Origin: Octopus vulgaris
Lineage: Eukaryota
Assembly: GCA_951406725.2 (NCBI GenBank)
Contig: OX597817.1
Span: forward strand, 136,152,001-136,216,000
Reading direction: 5' to 3'
Length of the DNA stretch: 64,000 nt
The stretch's first letter is position 1. The number at the start of each line of letters is the position of its first letter. Shown here piece by piece: positions 14,401-28,241 of the stretch. The position numbers and the translations under genes were made by a program. The notes beneath the pieces are model-generated. The model was not told the origin of the DNA and ran no database searches. It saw nothing but the letters and a program-made list of their open reading frames with translations.

Positions 14401-15041
14401 TGACACATCACCGGATGATAGGAGGAAAATTTAGAATATGAATCTGTAACAAGATTTGTATGACCTTCCTTTCATCTTTAATGAGAACCTTTTCCCATAT
14501 AACAATGCTCCACATTCCCTGAACTTCACCCAGCCAAGTCTTGCTTTTGCTTTCACAGCTGCTTCACAACCCACCACATCCCATTCCTATAGCATTGAGG
14601 TAGATCTGGCCACAACCCCCCCCCCCCGGACTTATAACACTGGATGATGATGATGATGATGAACAATACTTTGGGTGTAATACAAATGATGAAGGGCCAT
14701 CTGTGTAAATTCAGCTGTCCACAAATTTGAGGAATGAATCCAAACTAATGAAATGAGTTTCAGTGGAATATTGGAGAGAATCACATCACCAAACCTCTCC
14801 AAACAAGACATTTGTGCCAAAACGCCAATTATCACAGGAATTAGCAGTGTTTTACGTAAGTAGAAATCAAAAAGGTGGAGGGCTTATAAATGAGGCAGAG
14901 AGACAAAGATGAGAAAGAGAGATTAAGAGGAGAGAACTAGAAAAAGGTTAGCACAAAATGAATAAAATAAAATATATTAATTGAAGAAGATTAATTTCTA
15001 GTTACAACAAAACTGTTGTCCTTCAGCCAGATCTGGCTAAC

Positions 15042-15072
15042 TTCTTCCTCTTCTTCTTCCTCCTCTTCTTCT

Positions 15073-15104
<32 letters not shown>

Positions 15105-15178
15105 TTCTTCTTCTTCCTCTTCTTCTCCTCCACCCCCTTCTTTTTCTTCCTCTCCTTCTTCTCCTTCTTCTTTCCTTC
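15042..15178. repeat. (CTT/CCT)n microsatellite
   Basis: Seen directly. Confidence 0.9.
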
Positions 15179-15974
15179 TGCCCTGGTCAGCTTTACATTC
15201 CAGCACCTTGTTTACTTACTGGCTGGTGGAAGACTTCTTTGAAGGACAAATCTAATTGGAAACTCACAGCAAGCTGTATTTAACAGATGCCTTGCTTATC
15301 TTCGACTCAATTAGATGTTGTTACTCCTCACCTCCCCCGCCTCTCTTTCTGTATTTGTTTCCATGACAACACTATGGAACATATCCAACACCACAGACTC
15401 TTATGGTTTTCTATCTTCTTGCTACTAATAATTTACTTCCTTGATTTAACTTAGAACAGCCAACATTATATGACCCACACCACTAGTTTGGCCAATAAGC
15501 TACTGCAGTTTCCTCACATGGAATTATTTCTGTGATATTTTGTTTATTATGGAAAAAAAGCTATCTTCTAGTTCTGTTTATAATGATGTTCTATTTTTTA
15601 ATTAAAAAGAAAAAAAGAAAGAAAGAAGTCTAACTTATGTTTCATATTTAGCTTCTTCTGGTGTTAGTCAACAATCTTCTCATCTTTGACAAATTATAAA
15701 CATTGTAAGAGGGCAGGCAGAATTAATAAAGTTTTGGATAAAAACTTTGTATTTTGATAGCTTTACTTCAAATATTTAATATCTAATACATTCATTTAAC
15801 TTTTACAATAATACAGGATTATTTTTACACAATCACAAACTTTTGAGATAATCTTCTTGAGTTAATCCCCAATGTGCTCAATATTATAGAATTTTCAAAA
15901 AGATAATCAAATATGGTGTTTGTTCTATGCTTTATTTTTATATGTTAATGCTTCTACGATAATTTAGTTGCGAA

Positions 15975-16455
15975 GGCCCGGCAAATAAAGTGAGCTGTAA
16001 TCTGCACTAGTGTCACATAACCAACCTCAGCCCACTCAAAAGTACCTTGGATCATTGGACGACATGCTGTGCTTGAGGAGACCTATTGAGTCAAGTACAT
16101 CAAAATCAAATTGAAATTGTAGTCGTGATCCCCATGCTGGTGGCACATAGAAAGCACCATTCGAATGTGGCCGATGCCAGTGCTGCCTTGACTGGCTTCC
16201 GTACTGGTGGCATGTAAAAAGCACCAACTGATCAGGGTCATTGCCTGCCTCATCTGGCCCATGGTGGTGGCATGTAAAAAGCACCCACTACACTCTCGGA
16301 GTGGTTGGCATTAGGAAGGGCATCCAGCTGTAGAAACATTGCCAGATCAGACTGTAGCCTGGTGCAGCCTCCTGGCTTCCCAGACCCCAGTCGAACCGTC
16401 CAACCCATGCCAGCATGGAAAATGGACGTTAAACGATGACGATGATGATGATGAA
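15975..16455 (+). mobile_element. SINE-like element, family C
   Basis: Ends CCAACCCATGCCAGCATGGAAAATGGACGTTAAAC(GAT)n. Confidence 0.75.
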
Positions 16456-17319
16456 TTAGAAACTTTTTGGATAAATTCAGAAGAAGAAACCCTGCTATGA
16501 ACTGAGGTTCTCTTTAAATGGTGAATTTCATTCCGAGAATCAACAATGCAGACATTGAGAGCAGGAACATCGCCTAAGATTGTTTACATCTCAGTGAATT
16601 GGATCATTACAAGCTAAGATTCTTTAGAATCAACATTACACAGGTGATGAGAATCAAATGACCAATTCTTCAGGCCAAATGTTGTTACTCTCACAAATTA
16701 ATGTCTGTCTAAAAGAATATTTTTGTCAACAACTGATAAGGAGATGATGATATTTCAAAGTGGATTGGGAATAAGAAACAATTTCAATGTATTTACAAGA
16801 CTATGGTATGAAAAGGAACAGTCTGAAAACTTGGAGTGACTTACATTAAGGACTACATGAGTGGAGCAGCGCCAGAGATAGTCGATATATCAGATGACAC
16901 GGAGCATCTAATTAATTGTTGTCAAGGGAACAGGGATCATGATAATAAAGTGGTTTTCAAAGAACTCCGGTTTCTAATAGTAAAAAGATATTCTTTCTAA
17001 GATAAATGAAGTTTTCTTTTGTACATTCCTCGTTATATTTATTTCATCAATTAATTTGAGGAGAAGGAAAAGAATTTATAGAATTTTCAGTTTCCTAAAC
17101 AGGGAATAGAAAAACTCTCTGTTTGGTGACTTTAAAAATATTCTGACACATACAAAAGAAATTTACAGAATTAGGTAGGACAAAAGAAGAGTTTAACAGG
17201 GAGCTAAGAGTAGGCTTGTGGATTTCAAACCTAATACAGGTGAAATGATGAAAGTAAAATCAGTTTGGGGCAGTGAAAAGAAACATTTGCAATGAAGCTT
17301 TAGTGCTGTGGGACATGTG

Positions 17320-17540
17320 CGGTTGTTCTTTAGCCCTAGGTCAAATCTGATTGAGAAGACACCCTGGGATATGATTTGCGGAAAAAAATTTGACTGCTGT
17401 TTCTTATAGGCATTTGTGGACTTCTTGAGGGTCCCTATAATTGTGGTATCCTGAGAAGCCATCAGTGATTGTAACGGCTAGGACTTATTGATTGGGTGAT
17501 AATCTCACCTATCTTTTATTACAGGTGACAACAATGGAAC
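17320..17540. repeat. Unclassified interspersed repeat; inverted copy at about 21585-21770
   Basis: GGGTCCCTATAATTGTGGT...CTCACCTATCTTTTATTACAGGT is the reverse complement of the 21597-21700 region. Confidence 0.7.
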
Positions 17541-17563
17541 AAACATACATACATATGTGTGAA

Positions 17564-17622
<59 letters not shown>

Positions 17623-18074
17623 TATCATTATTTAAAGTCTTCCTTCCATACTGGCATGGGTTGGACGGTTTGACAGGAGTTGACCAGGTAGGAACCTGCA
17701 CCAAGCTTCTGTGTCTGTTTCGGCAGGGATTTTACAGCTGGTTGCTCTTCTGAACACCATCCACTCTGTAGAGTGGGCCAAGTGCTCAAGAGTCATCATC
17801 AATGACTCATTTCAATGATTCTTTCTCGCAATGGTTTTGTTCGTATATGAGAAAGCAGCTACTATGTATGTATGTATGTACGTATGCACATGTGCATGTG
17901 CATAGTCTGACAAAGGTGAGCAAAAGCTAAAACTTTGAAAGTCATTGTCAATATTTTCCTTGTAAATGTTTAATAAACATGAACTCTGCTTAAGTGTGTT
18001 GAGTGATCCTTCAGTTTAATGTTAAATTGCTTTTATATATAACTTCATATAAACACAAACATTTATATGTATGC

Positions 18075-18315
18075 ATAGACAGATAGACAGATACATAGAC
18101 AGATAGGTAAGTAGACAGACAGACAGACAGACAGATAGGTAGGTAGGTAGAAAGGTAGATAGATAGATAGACAAACAGGTAGGTAGGTACGTTTGTAGAT
18201 AGATAAGTAGAAAGATAGATAGATAAATAGACAAGGAGGTAGATAGATAGATAAACAGATAGATAGATAGATAGGTAGGTAGAGAGAGAGATAGGCAGAC
18301 GGAGAGACGGATAGA

Positions 18316-18350
<35 letters not shown>

Positions 18351-18378
18351 GTAGGTAGGTAGATAGATAGATAAACAG

Positions 18379-18411
<33 letters not shown>

Positions 18412-18556
18412 TAGATAGAGAGATAGATAGGCAGACGGAGAGACGGACAGACAGACAGACAGACAGATAGATAGATAGACAAACTGACAGATGGTCAGAC
18501 AGTCGGACAGATGGACAGACGGACGGACAGACAGACGGACGGACAGAAAGACAGAC
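18075..18556. repeat. (GATA/GACA/GGTA)n tetranucleotide microsatellite
   Basis: Seen directly. Confidence 0.95.
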
Positions 18557-19283
18557 ATTTATCTATTTCTGTGATGTTTTGACAGTGACTTCAAAGTTTC
18601 TGCCTGTTAAGCCATCAGGTGATGACTTAGGAGGCTGAAACTACATAGCCATTGTCAATATTATTCTTGTTAAAGAACAATAAATTTATACTCTACCAAA
18701 TGTATTGAGTAATCCTCCAATTTATTGTAAAATTGTTTTTATTATAACATAAAAACAAACATTAATATAAACATAATTAGATCAATAGATAGACAAACAG
18801 ACAGACAGACATGAATAAGATAGAAATGAATATAGATATAGAAGTGTGTGTGTGTGTGTCTGAATGCATAATGTAATACATAATATAAACTATTGACAAA
18901 GCTATTCTAAGAAGTGTTTATAGGAATACAGTGACTAGATTTTATACGTACGTGTTTCTGCCCAAATATATTTACATCAGCTTCGAATCAACAATATCAC
19001 GAGAGGAAAATATTTATCAATATTTATAAGAAGACATAAATATATGACTATTTACATTTAGGTTTGTGGTGGTGTGTATGTGAAGTGATGCGTGCTTATG
19101 TCTGTGTATACACACAGCCAGTCAAGTAAACATGTGTGTGCGTATTGTGTCTAATTCAAAAGTCCCTTTAGCAAAACCAGCTAACAATAGAGGTCCGAGG
19201 AGAGTATTAGGGTCTGTCCAATAAATAGATTCACTACAAAATAGCAATATATATATATATACATATATACAGATATATATATG

Positions 19284-19315
<32 letters not shown>

Positions 19316-19405
19316 CATACATATATATATATATATACACATACATATATATATATATATACATACATATGTATGTATGTATATATATATATATACATAC
19401 ATATG

Positions 19406-19449
<44 letters not shown>

Positions 19450-19532
19450 GGTCCCGGGTTGATTCGGGATTAACCACAGTAAATAAGGTACTCAATACAT
19501 AGTAGAGTAAAATTAATTTATTATATAGAAGG

Positions 19533-19583
19533 AGCTTCTACAGGACTAGAACTGTTTCATTCAAGAGAAATCTTCAGGAAGCT
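19533..19583 (-). ncRNA. Type I hammerhead ribozyme (mirror copy)
   Basis: Identical sequence on the minus strand because of the palindrome. Cleavage after 19539. Confidence 0.8.
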
Positions 19584-19630
19584 TCCTGAAGATTTCTCTT
19601 GAATGAAACAGTTCTAGTCCTGTAGAAGCT
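19580..19630 (+). ncRNA. Type I hammerhead ribozyme
   Basis: AGCUUC-CUGAAGA-uUUCucuuGAAu-GAAA-CAGuucuagucCUG-UA-GAAGCU. 6-bp helix I, intact core, GUA site, cleavage after 19624. Confidence 0.8.
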
Positions 19631-19681
19631 CCTTCTATATAATAAAATATATATATATATATATATATATACATATGTATG

Positions 19682-19717
<36 letters not shown>

Positions 19718-19812
19718 TATATAGGGAGAATTCACAAAAAAACAAAAGATGAAGACAGGTGGTGTAGACAATAAACAGATGTATTAGTATAATGGTTGGG
19801 AAGTGAAAAAGT

Positions 19813-19848
19813 CTTTAACGTTTCAAGCCTACGCTCTTCCACAGAAAG
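19813..19848 (-). ncRNA. Minimal hammerhead-like motif with variant core
   Basis: CUUU-CUGUGGA-aGAGCguagGCUU-GAAA-CG-UU-AAAG. Helix I CUUU/AAAG, palindromic AACGUU. The A6>U core change makes activity doubtful. Confidence 0.5.
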
Positions 19849-19910
19849 GAACACAGAAAGAAACGAGAAAAAATAAAGAATGTATAGTGGCTAGCAATCT
19901 ATCATGGTGA

Positions 19911-19941
<31 letters not shown>

Positions 19942-19966
19942 AACATACATACATACATACATATAT

Positions 19967-20021
<55 letters not shown>

Positions 20022-21304
20022 CATACATACACACACACACATACATATATATACATACACACATACATATATATATATACATTCTCTGTAGCAAGATGCC
20101 TGTGTTTGTCCCTCTATCATACGTTACCCTGCCAACACCTGATCTAAAGCTACACCACCCCTCTCAAATACCCCACCAAATCAAGAGAGCTTTTTCTTCT
20201 CTTGTAAGCTACTTGGAGATCTCACCACTGCTGGTGGCATGAGCAATATCACCCAGTAGACACTGTAAGGTGGTTGATGCTAAGAAGTGCTTCTGACCAT
20301 AGAACAATGCTAAAACTGATATTGGAGCTTGACACAGTTCTTTAGCTCATTGGATCGCATCAAATCATCATGTGACCTATGCCTACATGGAAAGTATAGA
20401 TTGGATGATGATGATGATGATGATGATATTGATGACATTTATAACATTAAAGACACATCCAAACTGGAATAACTCTCCCCACCATACCTTTCTCGCAACT
20501 TACACCCTAAAAACATACTTTGTTCTATCATTCTCTATTCCCCACTCCATACATAACTACTTCCACTCTCTTCCACACCTAATTCTCATTCACAATACTC
20601 CACCTGCCAGACGAACAACCAGCCAAAAAGTATATAAAGGCAGAAACAACCAGAGTAAACCTGTCTGATGAAGGTGGACACGATAAAACTTCAAAGTTAC
20701 TGTCAACCTTTTCCTAATAAAAATTATTTATGAAATTCTTTACAGTGTACACCATGACTGTCAAAATATGGTGGGTGGGGCAGGAAGTATGGGTCAAAAT
20801 ATGGTGGGTGTGGCAGGGAGTATGGTTGTGATGTCATTAGATTTATTTGTTTACATGAAAATGAAGTTTGTCAAATTACACCAGTCATCCACTAATGTTT
20901 TTATGGTTGAGTGGTTTTTGTAGATCGTTTCATAGGAGGTGGTCATTTCATATTTTCATTTATATGCTTTTGATTTCCTGTTTGTTGAGTGGGGGGATGT
21001 ATGGGGTGGTTCTGCTTGGTTGATTTGATAATTCGACCCAAACAAGCAAAATATCATGTACTCACACAAACACACACATTCATCAACAACTAATCAACAA
21101 CATTTCTAATCACCATTATCTCCATTAACTCAAGACCTTCCAATTCCTTCAAAATGTTCTAATTTTGTAACAATAATTCCAATGCCAACACTATTTCACA
21201 CCTCGATACATATACAAATCTATCTGTATATATGTACATCTGTGCACATACACACACACGTATGTATGTATGTATGTATGTATGTATGTGTATATATATA
21301 TATA

Positions 21305-21540
21305 TATATTTCTTTACTACCCACAAGGGGCTAAACACAGAGGGGACAAACAAGGACAGACAAACGGATTAAGTCGATTACATTGACCCCAGTGCATAAC
21401 TGGTACTTAATTTATCGCCCCTGAAAGGATGAAAGGCAAAGTCGACCTCAGCGGAATTTGAACTCAGAACGTAACGGCAGACGAAATACGGCTAAGCATT
21501 TCGCCCGGCGTGCTAACGTTTCTGCCAGCTTGCCGCCTTC
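21305..21540 (-). mobile_element. tRNA-derived SINE, family B
   Basis: Reverse complement of the 8695-8925 copy, inserted in (TA)n. Confidence 0.8.
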
Positions 21541-21870
21541 ATATATATATATATTCCGCCTTTATATATATATATATATATATATTCCATTCTTGCTACC
21601 TGTAATAAAAGATAGGTGAGACTATCAACCAATCAATAAACCTTAGCCATTACAATCACTGGTGGCTTCTCAAGGGTACCACAATTATAGGGACCCTCAA
21701 GCTGTCCAAAGATGCTTATAAGAAATAGCAGTCGAATCTCCCTCACATCATATTCCAGGGTTGTTAATTAGATGGCGTAGTCCTAGATACCCAAGGTCTG
21801 AAAAGTGTACAGGTAACTGCCATACAGTTCACAGATATAATAATAATACTCACACCAACAACAACAATTA

Positions 21871-21907
<37 letters not shown>

Positions 21908-22609
21908 TATTGTTAACAACAACAACCATAATAATGACTAGTATTGCGCTGGTGTGATGATGAGTTTGATCAATGTAAAGGCCATGATGTCTGCTGTAAA
22001 TCCTTCCCATGGAGTATTAAATGGATTTACTTCAGCAGAGAACATTGTTGTTATTGCTGCTGCTGCTGCTGATGATGATGATGATGGCTAGACCTGTGGA
22101 GAGAATGTCTCTTATCTTTTATCATTTATCAAACAGTAGATAAAAGAAATAAACATCTAAAGCTTTTATTTACAGCTCCAGTATTTCTATAATGGACTCC
22201 TATTATTATTATTATTATTATTATAACTATTATTATTATCATTGTTGTTGCTCTTGTTGTTGTTGTTGTAATTCTGAAGCAGGTGGTGATGGTGGGGGTA
22301 CTGGTTGTTGGTGATTATGGTAGTGGCTGGTGTTGTTAGTAGTGGTGGTGGTGGTGGTGGTGTCAGTGGTAGTGAGGTACAAAAGTTTGCGGTAGTTAGT
22401 GTATTGTGTTTTTATGAGAAAAGGCTCCAAGCTCAAAAAGAAAGCTGCTGTATTGTATCAACCTGCAGTTAAAGTGTGTGTGTGTGTGTGTGTGTGTGTG
22501 CACATGTAATCTTCATAATTTACGAAAAAAAAAGTTATTTGCTAACTCCTTTTTGATGAGGTTTCTATGATGTTTAAGTTGTCACAGGCACAACTTGTAA
22601 CAGGCCACT

Positions 22610-22705
22610 ATACCACCACCACCACCACCACTACTGTTACTACTACTGCTACTGTTACTACTACTGCTGCTACTACTACTACTACTACTACTACTGCTGC
22701 TGCTG

Positions 22706-22760
<55 letters not shown>

Positions 22761-22770
22761 CATCACCACC
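22610..22770. repeat. (ACT/ACC/GCT)n microsatellite
   Basis: Seen directly. Confidence 0.9.
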
Positions 22771-23595
22771 AGTATCGATAGCAATGATGGTAAGAATACT
22801 AAAGCAAGACTTGATCGACAACAAGCGAGAGGGAACAGTTCGTTAATGACTGGCTGATGGAAGGTCTGCAGAGATTAACGAAGCAAGTGGATTTCTATTC
22901 AGTTTTGTCTTTTAATGCCATCAATTCCACCTTCCGACACAATAAAGAATTTCTCTGTAGAACCCCTCACAGATGTGGGACCAGATTGCATTCACTGATA
23001 CACCATTTCAGATATTTGCAATGACATCATCTTTGAGCCCCTCAAGACACCAGGTGAAGAGGAAAGCAAGAGGATGTGTAGGTGTATTACATACTTGTTC
23101 GACCCCTAGCAACATGAAATAATGGCCTCTAAGTGGATAATGGTGAGGGTGAGATGAGAAGCATGCTACACATGACACCTCTAAAAAAAAAAAAACAGAA
23201 TCATTGCAAGAGCAGGGTAGATCTATAAAGAAGAAGAAATCATATTTTGTATTTTCAATTAACCGAATGGCTGTTTAACGTCTGAAATCTCAATAATAAA
23301 TATTTTATGCAAATTCTATCCTGTGAGGTGAAAGTGGGTGAAGAAGGGTTGGCCAACATCTGTCAATGAGATTTGATGTGATATATCGGAAGACTGAGAA
23401 ACAATGACAGAAATATAAATTAATCAATCAAAATTGATAGGCCCAAAGGTTAGTGGTGGAAGATCAATACAACTTGGAGTTGGACTAATCCATCAGAAGT
23501 GGACATGAATGGGAGACAGAGAGAGACGAGAAGTCATGAATAATAAAATGCTTTCACTTGATAATAGGTATATGATACCATGTGAGATACATACA

Positions 23596-23650
<55 letters not shown>

Positions 23651-23687
23651 ATATATATGTATGTATGTATATGTATATATATGTGTG

Positions 23688-23732
<45 letters not shown>

Positions 23733-23749
23733 ATGTATATATATGTGTG

Positions 23750-23817
<68 letters not shown>

Positions 23818-23834
23818 TACATATGTATATATAT

Positions 23835-23867
<33 letters not shown>

Positions 23868-24265
23868 AAAACATATATATACGTGTGTTTGTATTTAGGA
23901 ATGTATGCTATGATTTGTATTAATTAATAGACTGTATCACACAATACACTCACATGCTTAACTATTTTTATATCTATTTGTGCATTATATATATATCTAT
24001 ACGTATATATTATAGATGTGCAGATGTACACATATACATACATATATATATTCATATACACATGCACATACATACGTACACATGTGTTTGGATGTGTGCA
24101 TATCTCTATATGAAGATATATGTATGTGTATATCTATGTGTGTGTGTGTGTGCGTGTGCATATGTACATATTTACTTACACACACACACACACACGATTA
24201 TCATCACTGATTTTACTTTTGTCTACTTTTCTCTGCTTGCATGGGTCAGACAAAGCTTTCTTCAG

Positions 24266-24296
<31 letters not shown>

Positions 24297-26184
24297 TACA
24301 CACACACACACACAAACACACTCTTAAGTTGTCTTCAGTTTTTTAGAAGCTGTAAATCATTATAGTCATGGCCAGACTGGAGCGCCAGTGTGGGTTTGTT
24401 TTGTTTCTTCATATTCATTCTTACTTTCATTTGATCTTGTTGTTGTTATTGTTGTTGAAGTTGCTGTATTTTTGTTTTTTCTTTGTTTCTTTGAATGTCT
24501 TCGAGTCTACAGTTAAAGACTAATGTTTTCTCGACTTCTGATGTCTGCTGCATTCATTTGTTCTTCTATCAAACACTGACACCCCGCTAAACCTCCTCCT
24601 CCTTACTTTAAATGATGATGATGGTGATGATGATGATGATGACTCAGTAGTTATCATGGTTTCGAATATTTCCCATATATGCCGATGCATTCCTCCTGGT
24701 ACAGAGATCAAACTGTAGTGGATACCATGGAGTATCTGGTTCCGTCCCTCCTACCAGAAGGTGACCTGTGATGGAGTACTGACCTGTCCAGGGGGAGGTA
24801 ACTCCTCAGTAAAAGTGGGGTTCCAGTCCTTTGGTACTCTGCTTTTAAATGTCCTACATAGGTAGGGAGTCAGTTATTCAATCCTTCAAGCAGGTACTTA
24901 AACGCTAAGGAACACAATACCCAAAATGGTAAAATAAGGATTAGATGTTGACAGCAAGAACCAGTTTAATTATCGTTTATCTTTTACTTGTTTCAGTCAT
25001 TAGACTGCAGCCATGCTGGAGCATTGCCTTGAAGAATTTTACTCAAATGAATCGAGGTACTTATTTTATTGCCTCTTTTGCCAAACTGCTAAGTTACAGG
25101 GGTGTAAACGTACCAATACCAGTTGTCAAGTGATCGTGGCAGACAAACTTCAGGCATATATATACACATATACATATACATAAATTGAAAGGTATGATGA
25201 ATAAACGTTCCAATTGGTCAAAACGACTTTATAACATTCCCATATTATCATAAAATGGATATAAATATATATTAAAACATCAGGGCATCCAATGGTAACA
25301 CCCAACATTATAAAATATACACAAATACACAAATAAAAGGTGATAAAACCTAAAAGGGTAACATGAGGGAAGTCGAATGAAGAAAAAAATATGGAATAAA
25401 TTTGTGTATATTCTTTTATTTGTTTCAGTCATTTGACCACGGCCATGCTGGAGCGCCACTTTTAATTGAACAAAGCCTAGTACTTATTCTATCAGTCAGT
25501 TTTGTCAAACTGCTAAGTTACGGGGACAGGAATACACCAACATTGATTGTCAAGCAATGGTGGCGAAGACAAACACAGACACACGCACACACATATATAT
25601 ATATGACAGGCTTATTTCAGTTTCCGTCTACCAGATCTACTTACAAGGCTATGGTCAACCTGAGGTTATAGTAGAAGACACTTGCCCAAGGTGCCATACA
25701 GTGGGACCGAACCCGGAACCATGTGGCTGGTAAGCAAGCTTCTTACCACACAGCCACTCCTGTGCTTATATGCATATTTTGTACTGTTGGTTTTTACCAT
25801 TGGGTGCCCTATAATTTGGGAATGATATAAAGTTGGAGTGTTTATTCATTATATCTTTCAATTTATTTGTCCTTTTACCTCAGTGTCACCAGACCACCTC
25901 CAGCTGCTGTCCTATTTTTAGTTTTGTTCTTCGGTTTAATGAAGTTATAAAATTATCCTCTTACACACACACACACATATAACAGGCTTCTTACAGTTTC
26001 TTTCAACCAAATTCACTTGCAAGGCTTTGGTCAATCCAAGGCTAGTGTAGAAGACACTTTGCCAGCCATGCAGTGGGACTGAACCTGGAAGTATCTAGTT
26101 AAGAAGCAAACTTCTTACCACACAGCCATGCTGATGATGTAATTCTTATAGCAGAGTCTGTAATAGAATTAGAAAAGAAATTCC

Positions 26185-27120
26185 AGGGTGGAAGCAATAC
26201 CTAGAATCAATGAGTCTGGCAGTTAAGTTAGCAAAGACCAAGGTTTTAGAAAGCAACAACACAGACAGGACCCTATCCACTGCTTGGTAAATGGCCCTGC
26301 TGGATATGAAGGAAAGGTGTAGACAGACATTCCATATAATGTACCCAGTGCAAGCAACAAACACACAAGAGGTGCAATGGAATGGCAGGAAGGTTAACAA
26401 AGTAGTTTTTGAAGGTGGAAGGTACACAGGTGCCATAAAGTCTGAGAGTACACAGGAAATCGATTTGTTCAAATGCCCTGAAGGCTCCCTAGAGGTAATA
26501 GATAGTTTATATGACCCAGGCGACCTAATTAGCAGTGGAGGGGGATGTTCTGAAAGTGAAGTCACTTGAATAAGAATAAGATTGAGAAAGTTCAGAGAGC
26601 TTTCATGTCTGTTCGCAACAAAAGGTCTCTGTCACCAGGTGAAAGGCAAATTGTATTGTACTTGTGTACATACAGCAATACTACATGGTAGTGAGACATT
26701 GACCCTGAATGCAGAGGACATGCAAAGATTAGAGAGGTATGAAGCTAGTATGCTCCGTTAGATGTGCAATGTTAGTGTACATCTAGTAAGCTCTGTTAGA
26801 TGTGCAGTGTTAGTGTGCAGGTATGATGAAATGCAAATGTATTGAGAGAAAGTTAGGCATAAGAGGAATCAGATGTACTGTGCAAGAGAGAAGAATGTAC
26901 TGTTTTGGTCATGGAACGTGAATGGATGAGGACAGTTGCATAAAGAAGCACCAATTGCTTAAAGTGGATGGAACTCATGGAAGAGAAAGACCAGTAAAAC
27001 ATGGGATGAAGCATTAAAGGTTGATCTCAAGAAGCTTAGTCTTACAGAGATGACAAAGGACTGAGATGATTGGTGTTTTGCTGTACTCAAGAAAACCCAT
27101 CCATTACGACAAAAATGATA
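26185..27120 (+). pseudogene. Degraded RTE-type LINE 3' part
   Basis: VNLAKTKV-, LEVIDS- and LHGSET-type segments, homologous to 52900-53750. Confidence 0.8.
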
Positions 27121-27878
27121 TCCTAAAACGACTCAGTTATGCTTGTACATGTGAGGCCCTGTCCTTACCGCTTCTCTCCTCTCTCTTCCCCCATACATTT
27201 TCATCCCTCCCCCATCCCTCTACTTCACTCACCTAAGGGTAGAAGTGGCACATATAACGTCCCATCCTCTCCATAATGGCCTCCCTTCCCTAGCACCACT
27301 TCTGCTCTCCATCATCCCTGCCCACACGATTTCTATCATTCACCTTTTTTCTGTGCCTTCAACATTGCTCTCTCTCCCCTCTGCTATACTCCATTCTAAA
27401 CACCCTCTGTTCTCTGCTACCATTCTCAATGCCCTCCCATATCTACCGTAATGACCCCTCTATTACATCCCTTTATGATCCCTAGATCCCCTTCTCCACT
27501 GTCCTTACACCTTGCACATCATCCCACCACATTCTGTTCCATCTGCCTTCCCCAGCCACTCCTATATCTTCCACTTTATCCTGCTGCATCCTGGTATTTC
27601 CCATCATCCACATCTCCACACATATTTACCACTCCCATTAACACCTGCCTCCACCTGCTTACCTCACACCCACTCTAAAAAATACTCTGGAAGAGAGACT
27701 GCGGTGGTTTTTCTGGGGCTTGTTTACATGATTTTAGAAGGAATACTGAGAATCCATTTGGGACAGAAGTTGATGTCAAGTTTCTCTCATCTGTGGCCAA
27801 TATTACATCTTCTTTTATATCAATCCCTACTGCCTCCCTTTGTACACCTGTAGTAGCAAAGAACTCTGCTGATGTGCG

Positions 27879-27909
<31 letters not shown>

Positions 27910-28241
27910 TATTTGTAAACAAGTGCAAAAGGAGCCATGTTAGTGTTGATCTGTGGGTTTGATTCTGGTTGGGGATAGCTCATCATTTTTCAGTCATTTG
28001 TTTGAATTTAAAAATTGCTGCTTCAAACTGGAGAGTAAAATATTATAATGATATATTATTATACAGTATATATATAACATAAGGGACTAAAGCCATCTGA
28101 ATATGGCTAGGGACAGGGCAGGGTGGTGGGGGTGTTACTGTTGCATTTAGCCCCAGGCGAACATCGACGTCACCAGAAAGGCTCGACACCGTCACGGTGC
28201 CCAAAACCTGCAAAGGGAGGTAATTCCCCGATGAAGCGGAA

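Larger units (their letters stand above)
19517..19646. repeat. Perfect 130-bp palindrome with no spacer
   Basis: The 65-bp arms are exact reverse complements, centred on GGAAGCTTCC (19581/19582). Confidence 0.95.

Noticed and set aside
20760-20825. 33-bp tandem duplication
   Set aside because: Two diverged copies only; ordinary slippage.
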